64,000 bases of DNA from Ktedonobacterales bacterium (GTDB lineage: Bacteria; Chloroflexota; Ktedonobacteria; Ktedonobacterales; JADMIN01): assembly GCA_035716045.1 (NCBI GenBank), contig DASTKI010000057.1:12677-76676 (forward strand). Direction: 5' to 3'. Position 1 is the stretch's first letter. Each line of letters begins with the position of its first letter. Under the pieces are notes generated by a model. The model did no database searches, had not been told where the DNA came from, and was given only the letters and a program-made list of their open reading frames with translations. Positions 1 through 8,788 of this stretch are shown here, one piece after another. Position numbers and translations under genes: made by a program.

Positions 1-20
1 AGCAGCGTTATCCTTCCGCA

Positions 21-1784
21 GTGACACTAGCGCAGGCGATTGAGAGCACGCTGCGACAGGCGCCAGCCTCGGTAGGGTTGGGACAGCAGGCTGCGCCAGC
101 GCCCATGGGGCTTGGGCAACCGCCTGGTGGGCCAATCCCCTTTGGCCCTGGAGCGGCGGGGCCCATTCCGCTGGGACCTGGAGCGGTGGGGCCCATTCCG
201 CTGGCCGCTCCCATGGGGCCAGGCGCGCCGCTGGCGCCGCTTGATCCGCCATTCCCGCCGCTGCCGCCGATGGCGCCGCCTGGCGCGGCGATGGAGATGG
301 GTGGAGCTGGGCTGGCGGCTCCGCCTGGCGGCGCGCCGCCGTTCGCCGCGCCGCCGACGCAGCGCGTGGACCTGTCCGCGGCAGTGGACGGCCCGACGAT
401 GCAGGTGGTGGCGCCGCAGCCCGGTCCAATGGACATGGCGATGTCGCTGGGCCCTGAGCACGGGCCGCCCACGCCGCGCCGCCTGGCCAGCCCAAGCGGC
501 CGGGTGGACGCGCCGCCTCCACCAGGTGAGGAGATGGGCGCCCAGTCCGGCCAGTTCTCGGCGACAGAGCTTGGCCTGCCCCGGCTGACGAACCCGGCGA
601 TGGGGAACCTGCCGTCAGACTGGCGCGAGCTCATCAATGATGAAAGCGCGCGCAAGCGGCATGACCCATTCGAAGCGAGCGATTCAGCGCTGGCGCCGCT
701 GCCCCCAATGGATCCGTTCGAAGGCTCGCGGGACGACTTTGAGGCCTCGCGAGATGACCGGGACGTCATGGCGCTCTCACGTGGCGGAACGGAGCGCGAC
801 GCCTGGGCGGCGAGCGCCTGGGAAGGAGCGGAGCCGCGGCATCCCTGGGAGCCCTCTGAGGAGGAGTCTGCCCAGTTCGCCGCCGTGCGTGGCGCCCATG
901 CGGACTATGACATCGAGCGGATGGCGGGAGAGCGGCCAGCTTTTCGGCGTGGGGGCCGCGCTGCGGAGCTCGAGGAGGATACGCTCCAGGGTCAGAAGGT
1001 GTGGACGAACAGCCACACCATCGTGCGGGGCAAGCGGCGCCCGAAAGCGCCGTTCATTACGATCCTGGCGCTGCTGGCGCTGGCCGCGCTGGAGCTTGCG
1101 GGGCTGGCGGTGGCGCGCCCAGATGTCTGTGTGACGCACGCCTGCTCACTGGTATCCGGCTATGTGCGCCAGATGGCTCCCGGGCTGCGGATTCCAGGCA
1201 TAACCGCGCCTGTCCAGTTATCGCCGGTGGTTCCACAGATCAGTGTCGCGGCTGAGGGGTCCAGTCAGGCGAAGATTACGCTTCTGAACACCAGCGCCGA
1301 TCCGATTACCTGGAGCGCGACGCCGACGCTGACGTGGATGTCGGTCAACCCGACCAAGGGCGCGCTGAAGGGCGGCGCGAGCCAGCCCTTGACGATCTCA
1401 GTGAAGCCGCACGGCGTCGCGCCTGGAACGTATACAGGGGCGCTGGTGGTGTCTGTAGGCGATGGCGCGTCAGCTGAGCCGGTGGTGGTGACGATCAAAC
1501 CGGGCGCGGAACTGGCGGTGGCGCAGAGCCCGCTGGCCTTTACTCAGTGTGGGGCGCCGCAGACGCTATCGCTGCGCAACACGGGTGGCTCCAAACTGAC
1601 CTTCACGGCCTCGCCATCAGAGGCGACCGCGCTCTCGGTCAGCCCCGAGAGTGGCGCGGTCGCTGCCGGTGGGACCATGACGCTCGCCGTGACCATAACG
1701 TGTGGTGTCGCGACCGGGCGATCCTACGCGATTATCATCGTCAGCAACGGCGGGAGCGCGCAAGTCCCCGTGAGCTACAAGTGA
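21..1784 (+). CDS. Pro/Gly/Ala-rich membrane-anchored protein with two C-terminal Ig-like (BACON-like) repeats; the 5' end may lie upstream of the window
   Basis: 587-aa ORF with no upstream in-frame stop before the window edge. It has a low-complexity GPIP/PPxAP N-terminus and one hydrophobic span (APFITILALLALAALELAGLAVA). Two roughly 90-aa repeats follow (ITLLNTSADPITWSATP...LTISVKP and LSLRNTGGSKLTFTASP...LAVTITC), typical of surface Ig-like modules. Confidence 0.6.
   Translation: MTLAQAIESTLRQAPASVGLGQQAAPAPMGLGQPPGGPIPFGPGAAGPIPLGPGAVGPIPLAAPMGPGAPLAPLDPPFPPLPPMAPPGAAMEMGGAGLAAPPGGAPPFAAPPTQRVDLSAAVDGPTMQVVAPQPGPMDMAMSLGPEHGPPTPRRLASPSGRVDAPPPPGEEMGAQSGQFSATELGLPRLTNPAMGNLPSDWRELINDESARKRHDPFEASDSALAPLPPMDPFEGSRDDFEASRDDRDVMALSRGGTERDAWAASAWEGAEPRHPWEPSEEESAQFAAVRGAHADYDIERMAGERPAFRRGGRAAELEEDTLQGQKVWTNSHTIVRGKRRPKAPFITILALLALAALELAGLAVARPDVCVTHACSLVSGYVRQMAPGLRIPGITAPVQLSPVVPQISVAAEGSSQAKITLLNTSADPITWSATPTLTWMSVNPTKGALKGGASQPLTISVKPHGVAPGTYTGALVVSVGDGASAEPVVVTIKPGAELAVAQSPLAFTQCGAPQTLSLRNTGGSKLTFTASPSEATALSVSPESGAVAAGGTMTLAVTITCGVATGRSYAIIIVSNGGSAQVPVSYK
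126..209. repeat. In-frame 30-nt tandem repeat (about 2.8 copies) encoding G-A-x-G-P-I-P-L-x-x decapeptides
   Basis: Units at 150-179 (ggagcggcggggcccattccgctgggacct) and 180-209 (ggagcggtggggcccattccgctggccgct) are nearly identical. A degenerate unit lies at 126-149. Confidence 0.85.
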
Positions 1785-1950
1785 CCGCGTCTGGCGTGAC
1801 CTATCATATCCAGCCAGCTACGCGCCCACTGACTTCATCGCTGCGGCTGGGCAGGCCTGTCGCAAGCGGGTGGCGCTGCGCCCGGAATTCGGGCGCTTGG
1901 GCGGCATATGCCCTTCTCTCCGTCTTGCGCATCTTCTTCCACCAGGAAAG

Positions 1951-1980
1951 GCTCTCACCTGAGGCGCCTCAGGTGAGAGC
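1951..1980. repeat. Perfect 30-bp palindrome (15+15, no spacer) in an intergenic region
   Basis: gctctcacctgaggc|gcctcaggtgagagc reads identically on both strands. The same peptide, LSPEAPQVRA, therefore appears in both plus- and minus-strand ORF-track entries. It lies 167 nt after the stop at 1784 and 77 nt before the ATG at 2057. Confidence 0.95.
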
Positions 1981-2056
1981 GGGTCGCGGGGAACATCCAT
2001 CCGAGCGAATTTGGTATCATTCTTCCGACGTATTCAGACCGCTTTTGGAGAATGGC

Positions 2057-2680
2057 ATGCGATATATCGTCACGATAGGTGAGCGCGCGATCACGGTAGA
2101 GACCCCTGACCCGGATGGCGCGCCGGAGCGGGTGAGCGTGGATGGCGCCGAGACGGCGGTGGACTGGCGCGCGCTCGGCGCGGCGCTTGGCGCGGGGGAC
2201 GGTGAGACGAGGGCGGGTCACTTTAGCCTGCTGGCGGGCCAGGCGTCGTACGATGTATACGTGCGCGATCTCGGCGATGCGCAGGACGAGGAGGGCGCGC
2301 GCGCCTTCGAGGTGACGGTCGGCGCGCGAACGTTCACCATACGGCTGCGCGATGAGCGGACGCAGGCGCTGGAGCGGCTCACTGGCGGGGCGCGGCATGC
2401 CGGGGACGCGGTGATCCGCGCGCCGATGCCGGGCCTGGTGTCGAACGTGCTGGCCGCCGAAGGGCAGGCGGTGGAGCGCGGACAGGCGGTCGTCGTGCTG
2501 GAAGCGATGAAGATGGAGAATGAGCTGGCGACTCCGCGTCCGGGAGTCGTGAAGAGTGTGCATGTGACGAAGGGCCAGACGGTCAACCAGGGTGATACGC
2601 TGGTGATCGTCGGCGATGCGCCGGGCGACGCTGAGGCCGCCCCAGATGGCGACGAGGCCGAGGAAGAGATCGCTGACTAG
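2057..2680 (+). CDS. Biotin/lipoyl attachment domain protein (biotin carboxyl carrier-like)
   Basis: The C-terminus carries the canonical biotinylation motif VLEAMKMENEL within a lipoyl-like fold (RAPMPGLV...GQTVNQGDTLVIV). I chose the ATG at 2057 (MRYIVTIGERAI), which is in frame with the longer track ORF 1547..2680. That ORF's N-terminal extension looks non-coding. Confidence 0.8.
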   Translation: MRYIVTIGERAITVETPDPDGAPERVSVDGAETAVDWRALGAALGAGDGETRAGHFSLLAGQASYDVYVRDLGDAQDEEGARAFEVTVGARTFTIRLRDERTQALERLTGGARHAGDAVIRAPMPGLVSNVLAAEGQAVERGQAVVVLEAMKMENELATPRPGVVKSVHVTKGQTVNQGDTLVIVGDAPGDAEAAPDGDEAEEEIAD

Positions 2681-2726
2681 CGTGGACGGCGCGCGGCCCA
2701 CAAGGGCTGGCGCACGGCGAGCGGGG

Positions 2727-2802
2727 CGCGGCCATGAATGGCCGGCGTACGGTCAATGCGCCCATTCATGGCCTCCTGTTCCGTGCTCCGGCCGTTCATG
2801 GC
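2727..2802. repeat. Cluster of three REP-like units (core GGCCATGAATGGCC / GGCCATTCATGGCC)
   Basis: Unit 2727-2753 is cgcggccatgaatggccggcgtacggt, unit 2758-2773 is gcgcccattcatggcc, and unit 2788-2802 is ccggccgttcatggc. Units 1 and 2 are mutually complementary and could form a hairpin just after the stop at 2680. The same element occurs at 21.4-21.6 kb. Confidence 0.8.
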
Positions 2803-2856
2803 TGGGACGGCGCGCGCATATAAAGGACCGGCGAGTGAGCTGGCGCTATCGCCGGG

Positions 2857-5508
2857 ATGGGACTGATGATACCTCTCGATCTGCTGCTGGAGACGACGCG
2901 CGGCGAGCTGCTGACGCTAGGCCCGCGCCCAACATTCAGCGGGTTCGCGCACGATTCACGACAGGTGACGCCAGGTGATGTGTTCGTGGCGACGCGTGGA
3001 CTGCACGGCGACGGCCACGATTACATCGAGGAGGCGGCCGAGCAGGGTGCGGCGGCGGCGCTGATCGCGCGGGGACGCCTGGCGGCGCTGGAGGAGATGC
3101 ATCCCGGCGCGCTGGAGCGGCTGGAGCGGGCTGGGGTCGCCGTGATCGCGGTGGAGGAGCCGCGCGAGGCGCTGAAGGCCTACGCGGCGGGCATCATACG
3201 CGCTTGGAATCCGCTGGTGGTGGCGGTGACGGGCGGAGTGGGCAAGACGACGACCAAGGAAGCGATCGCGGACGCGCTGGAGACGCTAGGCCCAACCTTC
3301 CGCTCGTGGCGCAACTATAACGACCTCCTGGGGCTGCCGCTCTCGCTTGGCAGGTTGCGGTCGGGCGATCGCTTCGCGGTGGTGGAGCTGGGCGCCGACC
3401 ATCCCGGTGAGATAGCGGAGTTGTGTGCCATTGCGCGGCCCGCGGTGGGCGTGGTGACGAATGTGACGCCGACCCAGTTGCAGTATTTCGGCTCGCTCGA
3501 TCGGTTGGGAGAAGAGCTGGCGCGCCTGCCAGCGGCCATCCCGGCGGATGGGTTTGTGGCGCTGCCCGCGGATGATGCGGCGGGGGCGGAACTGGCGCGG
3601 ACATCGGGCGCGCCAGTGGCGTGGTTTGGCGCCTGGCGGGCGGACGGGCGCGAGCGCGCCGTTCGTTACGCTCTGGCGCCGCTGGTCCAGACGCCCGAAG
3701 GACTGGGACGCCTGAGCCTGCGTCCGGTAGACACCGATGGCGCGCTTGCTGGCGAGGCGGTGGTCTTCCCACATCTGGTCGGCGCGCATTGGGCGGGCGC
3801 GGTCCTGGCGGCGCTGACGGTGGCAGTTCGGCTAGGGGCCAGCGAGGGCGAGGCGCTGGAGCGGCTGTGCGGGCTGCGCCCGCTGCCAGGCCGGATGCGG
3901 CAGGTGGAGGGCGCGGACGGGCTGACGTTGCTGGATGATTCGCATAATGCGAGCCCAGCCAGCGCGCGCGCCGGGCTGGAGGCGCTGTCGGCTTGCGCGG
4001 GCGAGCGGCGGCGGGTGGTGGCGCTGGGCGACATGCTGCGCCTGGGTGAGGCGGAGGTGGAGGCGCATCGCGAGGTAGGGTGGCTGGCGGCGCGGATGGC
4101 GGACGCGCTGGTGACGCGCGGCGCGCGGGCTGAGCGGATCGCCGACGCGGCGGTCGCCGCGGGACTGCCAGCGGAGCGGGTGGCGCGCACGCTTACAGCG
4201 GAGGACGCCGCTGCCGCGGTACGGGCGCTGGCGGGCGACGGGCCAGCGCTAATCTATCTGAAGGGCTCGGAAGAGGCGCGGATGGAGCAGGTCACCGCGC
4301 TGCTGATGGCCCATCCCGACGAGGCGCCTGCGCTGCTGGACCGGCAGACGGAAGCGTGGCGGCGAGTGGTGGTGACGCGCCCGGAGCGCCCCACCTGGCT
4401 GGAGATTGACCTGACAGCCATCGCGAACAATACGCGCCGCATGATGGAGCTCGTGGGGCCGCAAACGCGGGTGCTGGTGAGCCTGAAGGCCGACGCGTAC
4501 GGCCATGGGGCGCTGCGGGTGGCGCGGGTGGCGTTGCGCAATGGCGCGGAATGGCTGGGCGTGGCGACGGTAACGGAGGCGCGACCGCTGCGGGAGGCTG
4601 GTGTGACGGCGCCCGTTCTGGTCTTTGGCTATACGCCGCCATGGCAGACGCGCGAAGCGGTGCGATTGGACCTGCGAGCGACGGTGTTCGATCTCGGCTC
4701 GGCGCGCGCGCTGGCGCAGGCGGCGCTAGAGCAGGGGCGCGAGGCGCGCGTGCATGTGAAGGTGGATACGGGGATGGGGCGGCTGGGCCTGCGCGCGGAG
4801 GACCCGGCGGGGCTGGTGGCGTTCGTTGGCGAGCTGGGCCGCACGCCGGGGCTGCTGGTCGAGGGGGTCTACACGCACTTCGCCACCGCTGATGGATTGG
4901 ACGCCTTCAGCCGGGAATACGCGCTGCGCCAGCTCGCGCGTTTCCAGGAGGCGCTCGCGGCGCTCGATGCGGCGGGGCTGCGGCCGCCACTCGTCCATGC
5001 GGCCAACAGCGCGGCGACGCTGACGCTGCCTGAGGCGCGCTACGATATGGTCCGGCCAGGCATCGCGATCTACGGCCTGCCACCGTCCGAGGAGGTCGGG
5101 CTGCCGGAGGGGTTCGCGCCCGCCCTGGCGTTCAAGACGCTGGTCGCGCAGGTCAAAGAGGTTCCGGTGGGCGAGGGCATTAGCTATGGCGCGACCTATG
5201 TAACAGATGCGCCCATGCGGGTGGCGACGCTCCCGGTGGGCTATGCGGACGGATTCCGGCGGGCGCCTGCGAACTGGGGCGAGGTGCTGACGCGCGGACG
5301 GCGGGCGCCGCTCTTGGGACGGGTGTGCATGGATCAGTGCATGGTGGACGTGACGCATATCCCCGGTGTGGAGCAGGGAGACGAAGTGACCCTGATCGGG
5401 CGCCAGGGCGAGGATGAGCTGACAGCGCAGGCGGTGGCGGCGCGGCTGGGAACGAGCGCGTATGAGGTGGTCTCGGCGCTGCTGGCGCGCGTGCCGCGAT
5501 TGAGCTGA
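2857..5508 (+). CDS. murF/alr: Fusion protein: UDP-MurNAc-tripeptide--D-alanyl-D-alanine ligase (MurF) N-terminal part plus alanine racemase (Alr) C-terminal part
   Basis: One uninterrupted 883-aa ORF. The N-terminal ~490 aa are MurF-like (FAHDSRQVTPGDVFVATRGLHGDGHDY, P-loop VAVTGGVGKTTTKE, LDDSHNASP). The C-terminal ~378 aa are Alr-like (TWLEIDLTAIANNTRRM, PLP-lysine motif VSLKADAYGHGA, PVGYADGF, RVCMDQCMVDV). Confidence 0.9.
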   Translation: MGLMIPLDLLLETTRGELLTLGPRPTFSGFAHDSRQVTPGDVFVATRGLHGDGHDYIEEAAEQGAAAALIARGRLAALEEMHPGALERLERAGVAVIAVEEPREALKAYAAGIIRAWNPLVVAVTGGVGKTTTKEAIADALETLGPTFRSWRNYNDLLGLPLSLGRLRSGDRFAVVELGADHPGEIAELCAIARPAVGVVTNVTPTQLQYFGSLDRLGEELARLPAAIPADGFVALPADDAAGAELARTSGAPVAWFGAWRADGRERAVRYALAPLVQTPEGLGRLSLRPVDTDGALAGEAVVFPHLVGAHWAGAVLAALTVAVRLGASEGEALERLCGLRPLPGRMRQVEGADGLTLLDDSHNASPASARAGLEALSACAGERRRVVALGDMLRLGEAEVEAHREVGWLAARMADALVTRGARAERIADAAVAAGLPAERVARTLTAEDAAAAVRALAGDGPALIYLKGSEEARMEQVTALLMAHPDEAPALLDRQTEAWRRVVVTRPERPTWLEIDLTAIANNTRRMMELVGPQTRVLVSLKADAYGHGALRVARVALRNGAEWLGVATVTEARPLREAGVTAPVLVFGYTPPWQTREAVRLDLRATVFDLGSARALAQAALEQGREARVHVKVDTGMGRLGLRAEDPAGLVAFVGELGRTPGLLVEGVYTHFATADGLDAFSREYALRQLARFQEALAALDAAGLRPPLVHAANSAATLTLPEARYDMVRPGIAIYGLPPSEEVGLPEGFAPALAFKTLVAQVKEVPVGEGISYGATYVTDAPMRVATLPVGYADGFRRAPANWGEVLTRGRRAPLLGRVCMDQCMVDVTHIPGVEQGDEVTLIGRQGEDELTAQAVAARLGTSAYEVVSALLARVPRLS

Positions 5509-5555
5509 GAACGTGTTTGGCAATCGAGAGCACGTTGGCGCTTATACGAGAGCGA

Positions 5556-7046
5556 TCACTCGAAGGGGCGCTTCCGCAACCGCTTGTCTACGGGGCGCAG
5601 ACCTACTCTGGCGACCAACGCGCTGGCGATGAACAGCACGCCGGCGCCGGCGTAGATAGTGTCAACGGGACCAAAAGTCGTCCCTCCGATGGCAACACGC
5701 AGGCCGCGTAACACCTCGCCGTCGAGATACCCCGCCAATGCCGTGCCAATGAGAATGCTCGCGCTCATTGCTGGACCGATAACCGAGTTGACGCGCCCCA
5801 GCAACTCGCGCGGCGTTGCTCGTAGCAGCAGCGGTCCCACTGCTACATTGACGCCTGTGATCAAGAGGCCGATCAGTGCGAAGAGCGGCAGCGCCAGGCC
5901 AAACGTGGCGACGCGTGACAACACGACCACGACGACGCCCGCCAGTAGCAGGCACAACCAGAACGTGCGTCCCACGCCCACCCGCTCGGCGAATAAGCCT
6001 GCCAGGGTGGCGCCGGCGATGGCGCCGATACCAAAGGCAGCTCCGAGAAATCCGTAAAGGCTGATCGGCGCGTGCAGCGTGTCGGTGGTGAAGAAGACAT
6101 TCAGCGTCTCCAACGCTATTGCGCCCGTCACGGCGACGGACATCGCCCCCAGCAGTGTCATCAGTACGCGGTTGTGGACGAAGAATCGCAATCCCTCCCG
6201 CCATTCGCGAGCGAAATTCGCGCGTTCAGCTGACACGATGTGGGTCGCTGCCCGAGGGGGGCGTACAGCCGCAATGGTCATGAACGAGACAACGAAGGAG
6301 AGCGCATCGATGAGTAGCGCCCACTGCGCACCGAACGCGATGAAGAGCGGCGCCGCCAGCGCCGGCCCGACGATGCTGGCGAAGCTGACCGCCGCCTGTC
6401 GCAGCCCCATCGCCTTCGCCTGCTCCTCCTCTGGAACCAGGTCACTGATGAAAACTAGCAGGGCGGAACTGAAGAACTGGTCTGCAACGTTCACCAAGAA
6501 GACAACGGCATAAATCGCGCCGAGGATCCAGGACAGCGGCAAGCGGCCACTGGGCGCGAGTGACAGGGGAATGGCGCCGGTCACGAGGATGAGCGCGCCG
6601 ACGATGAGAGCGCGCATACTGTCCATCGCCAGCATGAGGCGACGCTTCTCCATGCGGTCGACAAAGACGCCAGCGACAGCGCCGATGACCAGGGCCGGGA
6701 TGGCGGCGGCCAGCACGACGCCGCTGACGGCCAGGGGGGCCCATGGCTGGTTCCTGGCCAACTGCGCCGCAATCCAGACGACCAGCGTTGTGCTAAACAC
6801 TGTGTCGCCCAGGGTGGAGAGCGCCTGCCCGGCCCACAGCACAGCGAAATTGCGATTAATGAAATTGCGATTAATAAAGAGGGCAGATCGGGCGCGCCTC
6901 GTGGAGGCGGCGACCGTGGATACGTCAGCGGAGGGCGCCACCGTCGCGCTAGCAGTGGCTGCTCTCTCCTGCGGCGCCGAGTCGGCGTGGATCGGCAGGG
7001 AGTGCGAGGAGTCAGGCGCAGTTATGCGGGAATGCTGGTGTTCCAT
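5556..7046 (-). CDS. MFS transporter (EntS/MFS_3-like)
   Basis: About 12 hydrophobic spans and the N-terminal signature NRNFAVLWAGQALSTLGDTVF. Convergent with murF/alr. The start is taken as the first Met of the ORF and is uncertain. Confidence 0.85.
   Translation of the reverse strand: MEHQHSRITAPDSSHSLPIHADSAPQERAATASATVAPSADVSTVAASTRRARSALFINRNFINRNFAVLWAGQALSTLGDTVFSTTLVVWIAAQLARNQPWAPLAVSGVVLAAAIPALVIGAVAGVFVDRMEKRRLMLAMDSMRALIVGALILVTGAIPLSLAPSGRLPLSWILGAIYAVVFLVNVADQFFSSALLVFISDLVPEEEQAKAMGLRQAAVSFASIVGPALAAPLFIAFGAQWALLIDALSFVVSFMTIAAVRPPRAATHIVSAERANFAREWREGLRFFVHNRVLMTLLGAMSVAVTGAIALETLNVFFTTDTLHAPISLYGFLGAAFGIGAIAGATLAGLFAERVGVGRTFWLCLLLAGVVVVVLSRVATFGLALPLFALIGLLITGVNVAVGPLLLRATPRELLGRVNSVIGPAMSASILIGTALAGYLDGEVLRGLRVAIGGTTFGPVDTIYAGAGVLFIASALVARVGLRPVDKRLRKRPFE
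6846..6875. repeat. Perfect 15-nt x2 in-frame tandem duplication inside the MFS gene
   Basis: gaaattgcgattaat occurs at 6846-6860 and again at 6861-6875. It duplicates the FINRN motif to give ALFINRNFINRNFAVLW. Confidence 0.95.
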
Positions 7047-7581
7047 CCTAGCAGACTTCCAGGGATGTCAGGCTCACGTGGCAGGACGTCCAGCGCGTTG
7101 GCTCTGGCGGATTGCCACTAGAGACGCCGAGATACAGGATTGCGCAAATATACCAAGTGACCCTATGTGCGGGCCTGAAAACTCTCCGGCGACAGTATCA
7201 GCGAGGTCGCCAGGATAGGTTGTGGTCATACCGAAAAGCATACGATGTTATCTCGCCTATAGGCCATACAAAACATGCTCTGACAGCCCTGAGACAGCCC
7301 GTTTCGCGCCTCCTTGGTGTGACATTGCGGCCATTTCCAGCGATATACTATGTAGAGTGGCCTGACATGTGTCGGCCGCCAGCAGCCGTCTCAGAACAGG
7401 ATATGGCGTCGTGGCGAAGGAAAACGAGGGGGCGTGGCGACGCCTGGGCGCCTGGATCGAAGCGCTCTCGAAGCCGCAGATCCAGACACTGACAAAGGCG
7501 AGCGTTTGGACGGCGCGGGGTGTCGTCTGGCGCTCGCGCCTGCGGCGCTGGAGCCTGAACGCGCAGACGACCTTGCGCCGG

Positions 7582-8634
7582 ATGGAGCCCGCGTTGCGCT
7601 TGCCATTCTATGCCCTGCCCCTCGTGCGTGCGCTCCCAGGGGTAGCGCGGGATGAGGATGGCAGCGAGACGCTGGAATATACGCCGCGGGTCACGGCGCG
7701 CGTGCGGATCATCGTCAATCCGACATCCGGCAGCGCGACAGAGGCCATGCTGCGCGAGCTGCGCGAGACGGCGCGGTGGCTGACAGAGCATGGACTGCCA
7801 GCGGAGCTCCGGCTGACGCGGCGGCCAGGGCATGCGACCGAGTTGGCGCGCGAGGCGACGAACGCCGGGATGGAGATGGTGGTGGCGGCGGGCGGTGATG
7901 GCACGGTGAACGACGTCATTCAGGCGTTAGCGGGGCACACGACGGCGCTCGGTGTACTGCCAGTTGGCACAGTCAACGTCTGGGCGCGCGAGATGGGCAT
8001 CGGGCTGACTATGTCTGAGGCGCGTGAGACGCTACTACATGGCGTGCGCCGGCAGGTGGACCTGGGGCGAGCGGGGCAGCGCTACTTCTTGATGATGGCA
8101 GGCATCGGGTTCGACGCCGAGGTGGCGCGGCGCGTGGAGCGGGGGCCACTCAAGCGCTTTGGACTGAAGATGCTGGACTATATCGCGGCGGTCGGTGTGC
8201 TGGGCTTCACGGCGGAGCCGGCGGACCTGCGCATCCAGATTGGCGGACGGCAGCAGCGCGAGCGGGCGCTGATGATCATCATCGGCAATACGCGGCTCTA
8301 TGGTGGGGCGATGACGTTCACGCAGAAGGCGGTCGCCGATGATGGCGCGCTGGATGTGGTGGTGATCGGCTCTGGCGGGCTGGCGCACCGGATTGGCGTG
8401 CTGGGTCGCGCGTTCCTGCGCCAGCCCAGCGCGGGGCCACGCGTGCGCTATCTACGTGCGCAGGCGATCCGTGTAGAGTCGCGGCGAGCAGAGCCTGTGC
8501 AGGTGGACGGCGACGTGATCGGCCACCTGCCAATGACGTTCACGGTCGTGCCGCGGGCGCTGCGCGTGATCCTGCCTGCCAGCGCGCCAGCCGACCTGTT
8601 CAGTCTGCGGCCGGAGCCATGGCGAGCGCGCTAA
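7582..8634 (+). CDS. Diacylglycerol kinase family lipid kinase (YegS/BmrU-like)
   Basis: RIIVNPTSGS... and the catalytic-domain motif VVAAGGDGTVNDV are present. The start is set at ATG 7582 (MEPALRL). The longer ORF from 7369 adds an Arg/Trp-rich extension that looks non-coding. Confidence 0.85.
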   Translation: MEPALRLPFYALPLVRALPGVARDEDGSETLEYTPRVTARVRIIVNPTSGSATEAMLRELRETARWLTEHGLPAELRLTRRPGHATELAREATNAGMEMVVAAGGDGTVNDVIQALAGHTTALGVLPVGTVNVWAREMGIGLTMSEARETLLHGVRRQVDLGRAGQRYFLMMAGIGFDAEVARRVERGPLKRFGLKMLDYIAAVGVLGFTAEPADLRIQIGGRQQRERALMIIIGNTRLYGGAMTFTQKAVADDGALDVVVIGSGGLAHRIGVLGRAFLRQPSAGPRVRYLRAQAIRVESRRAEPVQVDGDVIGHLPMTFTVVPRALRVILPASAPADLFSLRPEPWRAR

Positions 8635-8788
8635 CGGGCGCGATATAATCACGCCGCGATACTTTCTGGTGGTGAGACTCCCGCCACCCCTGTCCGTTTT
8701 GCACTGTGACGACCGATGCCGTGTCACTGCGCACGGTCGGTGCGGTGTGGGTCTCGCGACCATCTGTGAAGCTGTGTTTCATACCGAA

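Noticed and set aside
8-769. 253-aa minus-strand Gly/Ser/Pro-rich ORF
   Set aside because: It is the mirror image of the Pro-rich region of the plus-strand surface protein, which continues into TM and Ig-like domains. Only one of the two can be real, and the plus strand is far longer and structured.
1547-2056. N-terminal 170-aa extension of the biotinyl-protein ORF
   Set aside because: The extension overlaps the end of the upstream gene, crosses the 30-bp palindrome, and is Arg/Trp-rich. The biotinyl-domain protein family normally starts near MRYIV.
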